Positions 23,501-37,068 of a DNA stretch of 64,000 bases are shown here, in pieces (positions within the stretch are counted from its first letter, which is position 1; each line of letters starts with the position of its first letter). Origin of the DNA: Tubulanus polymorphus. Lineage: Eukaryota; Animalia; Nemertea. The translations under genes and the position numbers were made by a program. The notes under the pieces are model-generated. The model was not told the DNA's origin. It saw nothing but the letters and a program-made list of their open reading frames with translations, and did not search any database. The stretch covers positions 17,223,807 to 17,287,806 of the forward strand of contig NC_134031.1 of assembly GCF_964204645.1 (NCBI RefSeq). The letters are read 5' to 3'.

Positions 23501-26500
23501 CATGTAGACCCTGCCAAGATCGTTCGAATGAAACCTTGAGAACGATGTAAGGAGTAAAAGATTATTATTATTTTTTATTCCAAAATGGCCGAAAGCGTCG
23601 GTCGAATCCACTGCTTCGTCGTAGAAATATTAATAGTTTTACGCTTTCGCGACGCCAGCTTTTAAAACGATATCAAAGGCTTTGATCCAAAATAACACAG
23701 GATTTAGTAAAACGAGACCCCGGGCGTTGATAGTCTGATCTCGACATGCCAAATGAAAATTTCTTAAGTGGTTTAAATCCCTGGCGTATCATTGCTAAAA
23801 TACGATTCGTCTGTTAAAACAACCGTTTGATGGCCGTATCACTCAAGGGCACGCATTTTTCTTGCGATTGACAGTTACAGTTGTAATTGGTTTTGCGAGT
23901 CTTAGGTTTTCTCCAGATCTTTAAGATACCGCGATTGATTTCGACGATATGCCGACGTTAGAAAATCGAATATGGTAGCATTTTCAGTCGGCGGTGAAAT
24001 GGGACATTTTGACGCCTTCGCAGATGAAAATTGAATAAAGGACTACCTGAAAGTACTATTTTCCTTCAATACATTTATTTAGCATGTCGCTACATTTCAA
24101 TGAAGCCAACGCGCGTTCAAAGTATTTCAACAAAGTTACACAAACTGCGAAGATATTTCCAGTCATATCCAGAGAGAATTCTGTCGCAATTCCGGTATAA
24201 TTGCCGGCTTTTTCTTGCTCGGCGGAATCCGGGGTCCGTAATTGAATTAAGAGGTTCACTAAAATCCTATCGCGGATAATTATACCTCACATGCGAGGGC
24301 AACATTAGCAGCGAAAGAAATGACAAGCCACATAACGTCAAAACTCTTTGAGATAACGTCGACGCGATGTATTACCTCGCAGCCACACGGATTCGAGGGA
24401 GCGTCCGAGAAAAATTTTCTACGAACGTCCTTTCCGTTGAGCTCGCCAGAAGACATTTTGGTCTGATTTGGCGACGAACGCAATTAGCTTAATTGATACA
24501 ATACGCGAAACTAATGTATCCACGCATACATTCAATTATAGTCACCCTAAAACTCTCACATTAAAGAAAAATGATACCCCAATTCTACCCCACGAATTAT
24601 TTTAAGTCTAGACCCTAGGGCTGAATACTTTAAATAATTCGCTGAAGCTCCAACTCAGGGAAACAAGGAAACAGGTGACAGAAACATGTTTCAGAGAGTT
24701 TTCCTGTGTCGCGTGTGTTTTGGGCTATAGAAACCTCATTGCCGGATAAAACCAAGTTAAGTAAATCTTTGCGTGACACCGATTTTCACTCCAGACATAA
24801 AGCTGGTCTAAAAGGTCGTACATCCTTGGCAGAAGTTTGAATCATTCAACACTGGTACTGAAGGTTTACTACTCTCTATCCGTTCATCAATTAAAGAAGA
24901 CAGCAAGTGGCAGGAGTCAGTGAATTTTTAATGCACTTGACGTAGTTAATGGGTGAACATCGTAAAATTATTTGCTCGTGAATTCAAGTAGCTCGTACGA
25001 ATATTGCTAGTATGTTTATTACATATTTTGGCGTGCTCGTCAAGTTCTACGACGTAATCAACTTCGTCACCTCTAACTGGAAAACCGCTGAAGCGTATTA
25101 CAGTAACTTACGTAGGGATCATGAATCAAGTATGAGCATATTTCCCACAAGTATAACAACAGTTGAGAGAGGTTTTAGGCACCGCGAGGCGGTACTAATT
25201 GTCGGCGGATGTTCGTCGGTTCTTGAGTTCGCGCGGCTGGCTCCGGGATGTGAGAAAACAGCAAAAAGAATGGAAAACTAACACTCGATTACAACAAGAT
25301 TCGGAAGGCGACATCGTCGAGTCCCACACGCGATTCCCCATCGAGTATTGGACGGCGCGAAGCTTTTCTGTACACCATGAATAATATATACGACCAAACC
25401 GAAATAATCCTTATTTCATCAAACGTATTCGATGACTTCATAATTGAAGAGCGCAGATGACGCTAATGAAATTGGCGATATGGAATAGCAGAAATTCCTA
25501 CATAATTCCTTCGCGTATACCCAAAGCGTTCACGATTTGTTGACGTCTTAGCGGGCCCCCGAGGTGCAAGTGGAGTGTTCGCAAATCTTTCTTTCAGACG
25601 TAGTATGAAAAATTAATAATTAGCTACTAGGAGGCAGTTGGATATGCCAATAGACATTAGCGGAGTGATAGATTTCGAAATACCAGGAACGTTTCGCCTT
25701 CAAAGCTTATATTCGTGCATGACGGTTTCGATACAAATTTCACAACATCTTATTCGCGTCCTAATCGCGGATCGTAGCACGAATAACTTCTTTTTTTTCA
25801 AAGCGCAAATAACAGGTTTTCAAATGCCAGACGTTTCCAGATCAATCGTCGTGATATATTCGTCATTCGGTAAGACTTCGCCTCTCGAAACGACGTGTCA
25901 AATATGGATTGAAAACTAATTATCAACGCCCGTTGGCCAGGCAGAAATATTTGTCACTCGAATGCGGTTTTGCGACATTGATCCCCGGGCCACGGTGGCA
26001 AAAGAATAAGTCTCCAATTTACTACGTGGCGTATAATTCATTTGAGATATTGCAAATTACCAAAATCCGGGATTCGAGCCTAATTATGTTTAAAAGTGAA
26101 TACTATACTCGCAAATCACGAACGTATATTGTTCGATATTGTGATAGGGAATGCAGTGTAACCCGATAGGTATTTGGTACGTGTATGTAAATCTCATGGT
26201 AACTGATTCGGGTGATATTCGATGCCACCGATATTTCCAAATCGTTAATGAAAACGGCTGAATTATGTATAGCAAATCCAGATCAAGTCTCACGCGGGTA
26301 TACACATAATAACTAAATCGCAGCATGATAAACTGTTTATGAAATATAGATGGTTTTGATATGTGATCTGATCCAAAGCGATGTAAAATCACTCCCGCCA
26401 CTGGGAACTGATGGACTGAAATCAGAACCCTGATAAAGGATTCGTTAAAAGTACTTTAAGATCATCTATTCGGGCATTGAGTGACCATAGGTTTTCGCCT

Positions 26501-29500
26501 TACGTTTGCAACGATTAGTGAGCTTACGACCGTTCTTATAGATTCAGCTTACCGAGAGCCCGAAGAAGTCCAGTAGATTTTAACTGAATATACCTAATAA
26601 TTAAAACACATAATTGAAAAGCAACTAAACAATTACTGACTTTTGTATGTTCTAGAACAATCTGAAAAAAGTGTAACTTGACTTCAAACATAGAAAACAT
26701 CAATGGTAACTTATTCTAGAATCATCTGAAGAAAATGATAGTTTATTTACAGTAATACTTATTTGTCGCGTTTACCAAGAAAAAAAATATTTGGTGAATA
26801 TTGCCCTCGACCCTTTGATCTTAGCTATATCATATGCCCAGTTTACGTCATCGGATGAAACAAAATTCTAATTACTGAGAAAAAACACACGGGAGATTCA
26901 GCAATCAGGAAATAAATCAAAAGTGCTGCTTTTCCGTTTCCTAGCAGGAACAAGTTTTGATGTTGCCTTTGAGTTAAATCTTGGCGAGTTTTCAAAGCGA
27001 AGTTTCATTTTCAGGTATTTTCAAAATCTGTGTTACGGGGGAATCGTAACCGCGGCGCCTACCAGTAAGATGGGGGTGTACTTGATCGCGAAAATTTTAA
27101 TAGACTTTATCAACTTTACTATACAAAACTAAAAATGACGCGGTACGATTCCCTATCTATATGGGAAATAAATCCTTTCTATAAATAACAAGTGACCAGT
27201 TTTTACATAAAAAAGAAACTCCAGCTAGTGGTAGTTTTATAGTAGTTTATAGTTTTGATCCAGTATCTAGAATTTCTACTCGGCGTTCTGTTTCGAAATA
27301 TTGAGCCTGAAGTACGCTGACTATAAACACGGAGTGACCAGGTAAGACGTATCCAGTTCCAGAATAATCAGTTTTCACGAACATGTGTTCCAAGCAGCCA
27401 TATAAGAAACGAGCAATCAGCAAATAATTGCCTGCGCACATTTTGGGGGATAATTTAACGCATTCGCCGAAGCGATTATAAAAAGACCAGCTTCGACAAA
27501 AAATGTAACCGCTTGTGGGGGAAATTTCACGATACTTTGCCTTCACAAGCGGCAGCCTGCATTTTTAATCAACGCATACTATAGTGGAACTCAAAGAACA
27601 TTTTTGTCAGATACATTAGAGGGCTTTGAAGCATCGGTGCCAAGCGCGGTACGGATATGCGTTTCGGTTGGCAGTGACGTTAAGAGCGCATTTTGTTGAA
27701 TTGTCGAATCAACTTCAGGATACGAACGCGTGCCCGTCTGATGCAAATACTAAACAACCCGTTCATCCGCAATCTCGTGACAAATTCATTAATTTGCTTT
27801 TAAATCATTAGGCGATCATTTACCGCTCGAGCTTTGACCCGCGCGACAACAGAGAAACGCGACAGAGAGATTTATCGTCGCTTTTTATCGCACACAACCC
27901 GGAAATCCTTATAAAACCGGCACCGATAACGCGATATTGTGCGAGATAAAAGTGACAGTTGAAATTGATTTCTCGTAAAATAAGCAAACAAATGCTTGTA
28001 GCTTCGTAGTAGCAAGAGTCATCCTTAGCTATACGACCTGTTATACCACAAAATGAAATTTATTCATTCATTCTATTCGCGTTTTAGTAAAAACCGTCAT
28101 GTTGTTTTCTGATAATTCGCCAATACGTTGTAGCCGCGATCGCACGAGCGAATTTGGCCCGTGCCAAAAAACGTAGGATCAGGCCTGAGCCAAATTATAG
28201 CACGGGATGGTTGCGTTTGAATTGCAACTGGTTCCGGAAGTGACTCACTTCTCATTGTTCAATATCGAGTGAGTGCAAATTTGAAGTTTGAAGTTTGAAT
28301 GAAGTTGGTGCGGGAAATATGTAAAAACGGGCCATTAACGAATTCGAGTCACTGCGATTTGTCAATAAAATCTCGCATTGGATTGATGGCTCACATGGCG
28401 TCGGTCACGTGATAAACATACAAGGCCGCAAGTTCTCTATAGGTGCGTTACGGTTTTTCAATCTGAAGTATTTGAATGTAATTTTGTCATCGGAATTCTA
28501 CAGTTAGTTTACGAACTTCTTCCCCTAAATCGAATTAAAGCCAGTCTCGGTAGAAGCTTCCGTTTTCGATTTACAACCGCGCGACGAAAAATAGAAAAAA
28601 ATTGCGGTACGCCAAATCTGAACTGATTACCGGAGATTCTCCACACTCGGCGATGTATCGCATTGATTATTTTCACCGGAAGTTGAGAGTCGTACGCCTG
28701 CGCGTATCGTGACGTTGCCCAATTAGATTAAACTGATCGTCGCTGAACGAGATTAACGGCAAATGAAATCGAGAGCGATTTGATTTGAATTCGATTTTGA
28801 TCGTGAGCACGTGTTTCCAGGTTCAATCAATGGAAATTGTAAGCCGCAACACGGAAATCGATCGACATCATTCTCAAGACGTCGTTCCAAAGGCAAGCGT
28901 ATTAATAATAATAATAATAATGATAGTAATAATAAAATGTTCTCGTTATGCACTTTACCGCGCAGTATCCCGCTCTCAAAGCGCTGTCTCCAGGAAATAC
29001 TTCAAAAACAGACGTGTCTTTAAAAGGTTGCGAAATGTTTCTTCATAATCAGGATGGAAATTGGTAGTCTGTTCTAAAGGTCGGGTCCGCGAGTGGAAAA
29101 GGCACGATCGCTATATTTAGTTTTAGAACGGGAAACATGTAAAGCAAGGAAGGTAGATGAGCGAGTATTTTTAGCTGCTAGTTAGCCAGTTACACTTTTT
29201 TCAATGATGAATAATTCAAGAGGATATTTCTGATCTACAACTTCTCTAATTTTTATCGGCTGAGAATCATATGATTCGCTCATAAACCACTCTTTTTACT
29301 AATCTATGCAACATGGGTGTATAATAGAGTCCATAGTCCACTAAGGCCTTATCCTTGGTGACGAATTTTCCCCGAGCAGAATAACGTCACTCATCTTAGA
29401 TGGAAATCAATCAATATTTCAAAAATCATGGTTTGGGATCCATCCTAAATTGTGAGAATATTGCAGATGTTGTATTATAGAAGACGCAGTAAAAAGAAAA

Positions 29501-32500
29501 ATCGCATTTATACTTGAACTTAATGCGTCTCGGCGCGTTTAAAAACATCGGTAGCGATCGACTCTATTCAACGACTCGAATTACATCGAATGCGAATCTA
29601 TCATTTACAATGACTACTTTCTAAGCTTCCAGTATCCAATTACTGGTACAATGACAGAAACCTTAGAAGTTTTCCTCGATTCCGAATGTTTTTAAGTACT
29701 ATATAAGCATATTGAGTATAATATTGGCGGTGGAACGTAATTTCAATCGAGTTTAACACTATCGTGGAAATTACGGATGGTATTCTGTTATCGTCGCGGC
29801 TTGAAAGTTTCCAGCGTTCAATCGAAAGTATTTGAATTGTATTGAATATAGGAAAATATTCCTAAGCATCGCAAGCACTCTGTATTCAATCGAAATTTGG
29901 CCAAATTTTCCAACAGAATTCTGAACAATACCGGTAGCGTCTTCGGGGCAAGGAGAACCAGCTTTAGGCCGGACGGCCTTGAAAGAGCCCCGATTCCATC
30001 AAATCATCATTCGCTAACGAATTAAATCTCGGTCGAGTTGGTTTAATCGGCTGCATATTCATTTTTTGAATCACGTACTTTGATGTGACACGGAGTGCTA
30101 CAATCTTGACTCACTCGCCGAATTAAATCATTCCATTTTCCCATGGTGTCATTTTTTCGTAAACGCAATTCTTACACGAGATAAGACGGGGTTCTTACAC
30201 TATCATATTACGTCATCGCGATTCGATGATTCTTTCTAATATTACTGTTAAACGGCCTACGTTATCGGCGATGAAAAACACGTCGCATTTGCTGAAATAT
30301 CACATATTCTCTACAGAAAACCTGATATCCAACATACATGTAGAACTCAATCCAGGAAACAATTTACCAGGAGTTCAGGTGAACCGATTTAACTCGATTA
30401 GATTGTTCTTCGCATAATTTCTGCTCAGACGCCTTTTCGGGCCACCTTAATGGAAAATTTATCAGCTTAAAAATCTTAACGACAAGAGTGCGGTTGTTGA
30501 ATTAGTCTGAAAACTCGGTGAATATCGAACGAAAGCAGTTTCTTCAAAGCGAAATTCCCTTCGTCAATTGGTAAAACACTATATGAAATTCATATGGGAG
30601 TAATATATACCTTAATGTCGATATTCATTCAATCGCCTTTTCGAAGACCTTAAATGCGTTTTATTGACGCGGAAAAGGTCTAATTCAAAGCGAGAATTTA
30701 ATTCTCCGTTAAGCATTAGTGGCGGTATGAAATTAGAGTTGAAAATGTTCTGCGTAAAAACACTTAAAGTGTATGTAAACTTTTTCTAATGGTAGATTTT
30801 CGTGGGATAGGGAGTTTTAACTTAACCCCCGCATAATAGTCAGGTATCACAAAGGAAGCATCAATCTCGACTTTTCGGTTTGAAAGTATCTAAATGCACA
30901 CGAAGTTACAGGATTTCTAACAACGGAAACATTATTCGACCTTTTTATCGAAAAAATAAATAATAAGCCAGAAAGTTGTCGCAGTTGGTTTTTTTTTATT
31001 CCGACATGAAAGACGTGTATCATGATTGTGCAAGACCGATTTATGCCATTCGTGCAAATTGAACGATTCGTGTAAATTGATTTTTGCTGGCATCCGAAGG
31101 CGCGTAATTAGACCATAAATTAGCAATCGTCACGTCAAGTACTTGTGAGTGGCAAAAATGATAAAGCGCCGACGCAAAGTCGTAATAGTCGCCGTATATT
31201 CGCCGAAATAATCATTTTCGGATAAAGCCACCCGATAATTGAAATGAATTCATACATGTGCGTGTAATCCAATAAAGTTAGATCTTTTTTCTAAATTTTA
31301 GAAAAAAATGTTGGCGAAACAGGACGTTGGGTGAAAGGAACACCATGGAACATGGAACACCGATGGAACACCGATGAGCTATCCCTGCACCTCCACACTG
31401 ACTTCCAAGGACACTCGATGGACCCTAAAGACGCATCGGTACCCACCAGGGAACCACACTAGTTCCAGAGACGAGTCAGAGGAGCCATACAGATCAGGGT
31501 CCACCGCCCAACCCTTACCAGACACGGGAAACGATACCAGCTCCGCCTCGTTTGGGACAATTCAATACGTATACACGCGCATGCGTAGTACATTTACAAG
31601 GATCCATGGATTTGGATGGAAAGCTCCGTTGGAGGCATAAAACCCTTAACGTCGTTTGTCTAGTTGAAATTATCCTTTATCTACCGATAGTTTCACGTTC
31701 AATCCTAGTATTTCACATCACGTGCTTGGTGGAAATCATATCTTCTATCTGCATAACGATGATCGCGTATCATTCTATTTTTAGTCAATATCGAAAGGTC
31801 GTCACTTAATGATACAGTGTCCTTCGAATTTGCATTTCTTCTTATTTCATTCATGTTTACAATGATTTCGCTTTATTTATGAAAAAGGACATATGTCGGA
31901 TATCCGAGCAGCTATATCAAGTTTAGGGCTTGTGGTTGTGCCGTTGGAAACATTCAAGGAGACCTTTTAATGTCTAAATGCATTTCCAAAATAGCTGTGC
32001 ACGAATATCTTTGATAAGAATAGCTGTCGATATCGAAAGGCATTTAAGCAATTCGCTCATAATCTGACCAAATTCTCAGATAGAGCGGTTGACCGTTTCG
32101 CTGACCGTCTAAATCATGTAATGATTATCTTCGCAGAAAAGAGGGCAAAATTGCAGCCATACCGTAAGAGAAGTATATATTTTCTATACCTAAATCTCTT
32201 AATGATTTTTTTCTTTCGGACAAAAGAATTTATTTTTCACTTCTGAATCGACGCGATTGACTCGTCATATACGCGCAATGGTCCATATTTTAAACCAGAA
32301 ATTGGTCGACTGTTGTAAGTAGCCAATTCATGCTTAAGTGAAATTATGACAAATCTTCGGGGAAATTTCCGCGCAAATATCATGTGAACGATGATGGCTG
32401 AATAATTTTCAACGATTTTGAATTGAATTATTGGATATGATCTGCAAACACGAGGCGAGCAAAATGAACTCAATCTTCCCCCGTACGCTACCGACACATT

Positions 32501-32674
32501 AATTTGCAACGGGAAATCGTCATATTTTTCGTGGTCGCTATTGTATTTCGCGAGTGTGATTTCCCGTCAATTAGCCCGTAACTACAACCATGATGTGACA
32601 ATCTCCGTGATGTGACGATTAAATACGACAAAAGCTCTCAAGGAAAAAAGAAGTGTCCGAAAAGTTTGCTAGTG

Positions 32675-32726
32675 ATACTATTCCTGAAGATGACTATCAG
32701 GATATTTTCGAAACGTCGAATAGTAT
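32675..32726 (+). ncRNA. Minimal type I hammerhead ribozyme-like motif (Penelope-like element type), stem II degenerate
   Basis: ATACTATTC-CTGAAGA-(stem II region)-C-GAAA-CG-TC-GAATAGTAT: a perfect 9-bp stem I closes both core boxes, and a distal GTCCGAAAAGT/ACTTTTCGGAC pairing extends it. Confidence 0.6.
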
Positions 32727-33585
32727 ATTAAACTCATATAGACTTTTCGGACTAGTCTTTCTTTTGTATTGTGAGATTTCTAAACTAACCCGTAACTTAA
32801 AATTTTAAAAGTTTAACTTAGAATTTTTATTCATATTTCAGCCACAGTTGCTGGTGCTTTAATGCAGATATTCATCGTTTTCATTATTCCTTAATCTCGC
32901 TTTACCGATTTACCAAAACGCTCATAATGACAAAGCATTAAAGAAATTAAAAGTGATATTACTTGTTGTAGATGTTTAACAATTAATTGTAGGCCTGTAT
33001 AGCCCATTTAGTTCTGAATCAGGTAATGAAGGAAATTATCACTGAGTTAGATTAGAAAAGAAAATGCATACTTATGCAGTATACGCACTAGTTCAATGAA
33101 GTTTCGAAGAATTTTTTTAAGAATGAAAGGCACTTTCAATCGAATGAGAATTTTACCTTATTGCGTGTGTAGTGAATGGATTTCTTTGAATTTTTCTCAA
33201 CGTTTATCCCTGCGACGCCGATTCGTTCTTGGTGACTTGTTGGCTGCGACCGACGTTTTATCAAGTAATGAACTATCCTCACGAAACGCCAGCGAACGTT
33301 GTCTACCTTTCCGCAGCTTATTGCGTTACAATCCGCCAAGCGACTGTGTCGACGTCATTTAAACGCTAGCAGCCGACCAATCACTAATTAGCATTGCGAG
33401 GAGGTATCCTGCGCGCTGATTTGAGGTTTATGTGCGAACACGTACCGGACGCATAGTAATTTTGTAACGCGTAACCAACAGAAAACGAAAAAATTAAACG
33501 AAGTGAATATAACTTGTCTTTGAGAAACAAGTTCCCGCCGTAGTTGTTGATAGCCCGTACACTCGTGGAGAACAGAGAAAAAGTT

Positions 33586-33750
33586 CAGAATTTTAAAAAT
33601 TAAAAACTTATTTTACCTATCAATAATCAAAATCAAAATACGCGACGTTTCCAAATCTCGCTAGAGATCGGTAATGATGGTTCGAAACGTCGTGTATTTT
33701 GATTTCAATTCATGATAAATATAAATCGTTTTTAATCTTTTGAAATTCTG
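33586..33750. repeat. Inverted repeat built around CGACGTTTC...GAAACGTCG; one arm recurs at about 49085-49165
   Basis: Arms of about 65 bp are approximate reverse complements; GATCTCTAG(C/T)GAGA..GAAACGTCG(C/T)GT..TTTTGATTTTGAT is shared with 49090-49140. Confidence 0.7.
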
Positions 33751-33804
33751 TATATATGTATCTTGAATTCATTATTCTCGCCGTAGCATGTGTCATATAA
33801 CTAT

Positions 33805-34033
33805 GGAAGAGCATAGCGGCCATATGAAATATTTTTCGAAGTCGAAGTTTCGACTTAGTTACTCAAAATTTCGACTTTCACACTATGGCGGAACGGTCGT
33901 TTAGCGAGCACGTCGTCGTTATTCAGCGCAAATTAAAAAGTCGAATTTTCAATTAACTTGAAATTTCGACTTTTTAATGTCGAGATTTCATCTCTAAAAA
34001 GATCCGTATGGCCGCTATGTTCTATGTTCTTCC
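33805..34033. mobile_element. MITE-like element
   Basis: CATAGCGGCCATA / TATGGCCGCTATG inverted termini with internal repeated AAGTCGAA / TTCGACTT motifs. Confidence 0.65.
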
Positions 34034-36964
34034 GCATATTATAACACCATCAAAGCCCCGCAGAAAAAAACATTCGATATTCGCGAATTTTCTAAAAAGA
34101 GGCGAAATCAAGTGAACCTTCACGAAAATTATTATTATCGTACATTTAGTTTTTTTTTGTAAAATAAAAATGATCCACGCAAATATCAAATTCGCCTTTT
34201 CTCGAATTTACTCAACTATGACTCATATTGACGTTTCTGCACCGACATGGTCGATCCGTGTTAAGTGAGACCACGAACGCCTTTTTATTTCCTAAGGTGC
34301 GACAAACGCAACTATCTCGTGTTGAATTCAGCCTCAGAAATTGACGCCATTTCATTCCTTGCGGTGGTGATTTTTAATTTCGCTGGTCGCAAAAATCGCA
34401 GAATCGATATTGAATAGGAGACTGGGCCGCGGGTGTTTCGCGCTGCCTAAATTTTCAAACGAAGACAATGCGATGTAGAAAATGATTTTCCAAATGATTT
34501 ATCTTTCAACTGAACCAGCGTTGAGATTAGATCACATAATTACATCTGCCGAGCGTTATGGTATACTTTTGAAAGCACATTTTGAAATATATTTTAGACT
34601 TTTCATCAAAGCGTGGTGGTTTTTGTTGTTGTCACGATTTGGCTGAAGGTTGATGACGTTCTATAATAGATCGATTGTTTTCTCGATTCAAACGCGCGGT
34701 TACTTTTGATTCATTTTAGTTCGATGATGACGAATTCAAATATCTGTTGGATGATAAAAACCGCTTAGTCGAGTTGACATTGTCACAGAATGTCCTAAAG
34801 GCTAAACAATACATTTAGAAGATTTTTAGTATATTGTTTTCGATTTTGTTTTTAAGCTATCATTATTTCATATCAATTTCTTGTATATATATAAACATAT
34901 TATTGTTTGGTGAGTTCGATTAGCATAGAAATATTGTTAATTTTAGCAGTATCCACTCAGACATGTATCATCAAATTACTGAGAATGGTACGCGCGTTAC
35001 TTTTGTTTTTGGAAATAAGGGCGTAAGAAATCGAAGCAAAACGAGGTACACGCCCAGAATATTATAGCAAACAAAGAATGATAATCAGACGAAATATAAT
35101 ATAATCATCATATATAATCACGGCAGAAATAATAGATTTTTGGGGGAACAAATCTATTTTGACAGTCATGAGATTATCAAGTTTATTCTAGATTATTTAA
35201 CGCTATAAGACCCGTTATACAAATGTTTTCATATATTGATAACCACTATGCGTTATTTAAGGGGTACGGCATGAATCGATGTGCACTACGTCATCGATAT
35301 TGGCGCTTCAAAATAACCATTACAACTGCGAATTTTGGCGTTCATTTCGTTATTGTACTTCATGACTTTCATGTCATTGGTAAAGAACATTCAATGTACG
35401 TGGTCTACGTCATCAATATTGGGATTACGTAGCCTGGTTACATTGGTACCGGTCAATTCAATTCAAATGTCGATATATTCAAATTCAAAATACCTTTACT
35501 GGTCCTTAATATTTTATTATATCACTCATTGTCAATGATATTAGGTACGGCGTCAATAAACTTTCAAGTTAGTTTCTTTAAACATTTTCTCATGTAAATT
35601 TCTATTGACGATACATTCTATATTTCGTTGTGATATTTCATCGTATCGGGCGTGATGAGATCTACGATACACGAGTAGAAAATAAGAATTGATTAAGAAT
35701 AAGAATAGTCTTTATGAATTTTTTGTTAACGTTCATCGCATATAATGAATTTCTTTTGATGTATAGTATATGTCACTCAAAATTGTCTTTGTATTAAGAC
35801 CGAGAGTTTGTCAAATGAATTAAAGTAAAGGTTAACGCAAGTAAGTAAAACTAGAAAAGGCGCGTGTGTTGCTTGTATGCCACTCACACGCTCGGTACTC
35901 GTTCACATCCCGCAAAACAGATGAAACCTAAACACAGACGTACGCTGAAGGAGCTACATCCGCCCTAATCTCATTGCAAGATAAAGAGACCGCATTCTGA
36001 ACGAGCGTAATCATCCCGTTTTTTTTATCTTGTTTTTATTCGGCGACAATCTTCGCCGTGTTCAGTAGAGCTCGGCTCCGATTTTGCCGATACCATTTCA
36101 GGTATAGAGCTTCGCACAGGCGGCGTCTGTTGCAGACAGTGACGGTAGTAAGAAAACACTTTTGTGTTCGGAAAGGTGATGACGCATCTCGAACCGATAA
36201 CGGGACTATATTCTGCGCAACAATTTGAAAACACAATATCATTCTATCGCGCGTCGTTTTGTCATGGTAAAAATCCGATATCTTCCTTAGGAAAATATAG
36301 CGCCTGTTTAGCTTCCATTTATTCGAGAAAAAAAAGCGGTCGCCTTTGCATTTATATCTTAGATAGTTACGTAAATGCCGTCTAACAATTCTAGCCGAAC
36401 CAAAACGTGGATGATACATTTGGGGAATGAAAGGAAATATACGTTGCATTTCCAACGTCGATTGCTTTGATTCTGATAAATATGAAATTTAATAAAATAT
36501 GCTAATTAATAAGAATGATCAGTCGAAATTTCCGGCGTGTGTTAGTAAGTAATAATGACAATACGGGTTTCGGGTACAAAAGGCATAAAACGGCTTTTAT
36601 CGTTTCGAAAGGTTTCATTTCCTCAGAACACTTAAGATCGATCATGCCGCGCAGCATGCAGATGTGAAATATATCCATTTAAAGGCAACCGTGGCTGATA
36701 ATTACAATAAGTCACGAACTGTTGTTCAGATTAAGTTCATTTTATCCATTCGACAAAAACGGCGTGTTCTAAGAATTCTATCTTCGTGGACACTAACATG
36801 GACTTCCGTGTAGTGACCGATGTTGGTGGTGTCACTCCATCCTACAAATCGAATAAAATGAAATTTCTGTATTGTTCTTTATAAAGACGGTTTATTGGAT
36901 TACAATCAGCTTTTAGAAAACAAAGGCCAGTTACTTAGTATTTGGGTTAAGTTAACCGTAAATA

Positions 36965-37068
36965 CCAGGGACTGGTTTATAGATTGGTATTAACTTTAAC
37001 CAGGAAAAATGAATTGAGTTAGCCCCCGAGTTCTAGATAGTACCAGTCTTATAAAAACCAGGCCCTGG
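36965..37068. mobile_element. Short MITE-like palindrome
   Basis: CCAGGGACTGGTTT..ATA / TAT..AAACCAGGCCCTGG inverted arms. Confidence 0.55.

Noticed and set aside
31330-31560. GC-richer patch with short GGAACACC repeats and an 88-aa ORF
   Set aside because: No recognisable domain or splice structure; possibly a transposon fragment, but this cannot be supported from the sequence.
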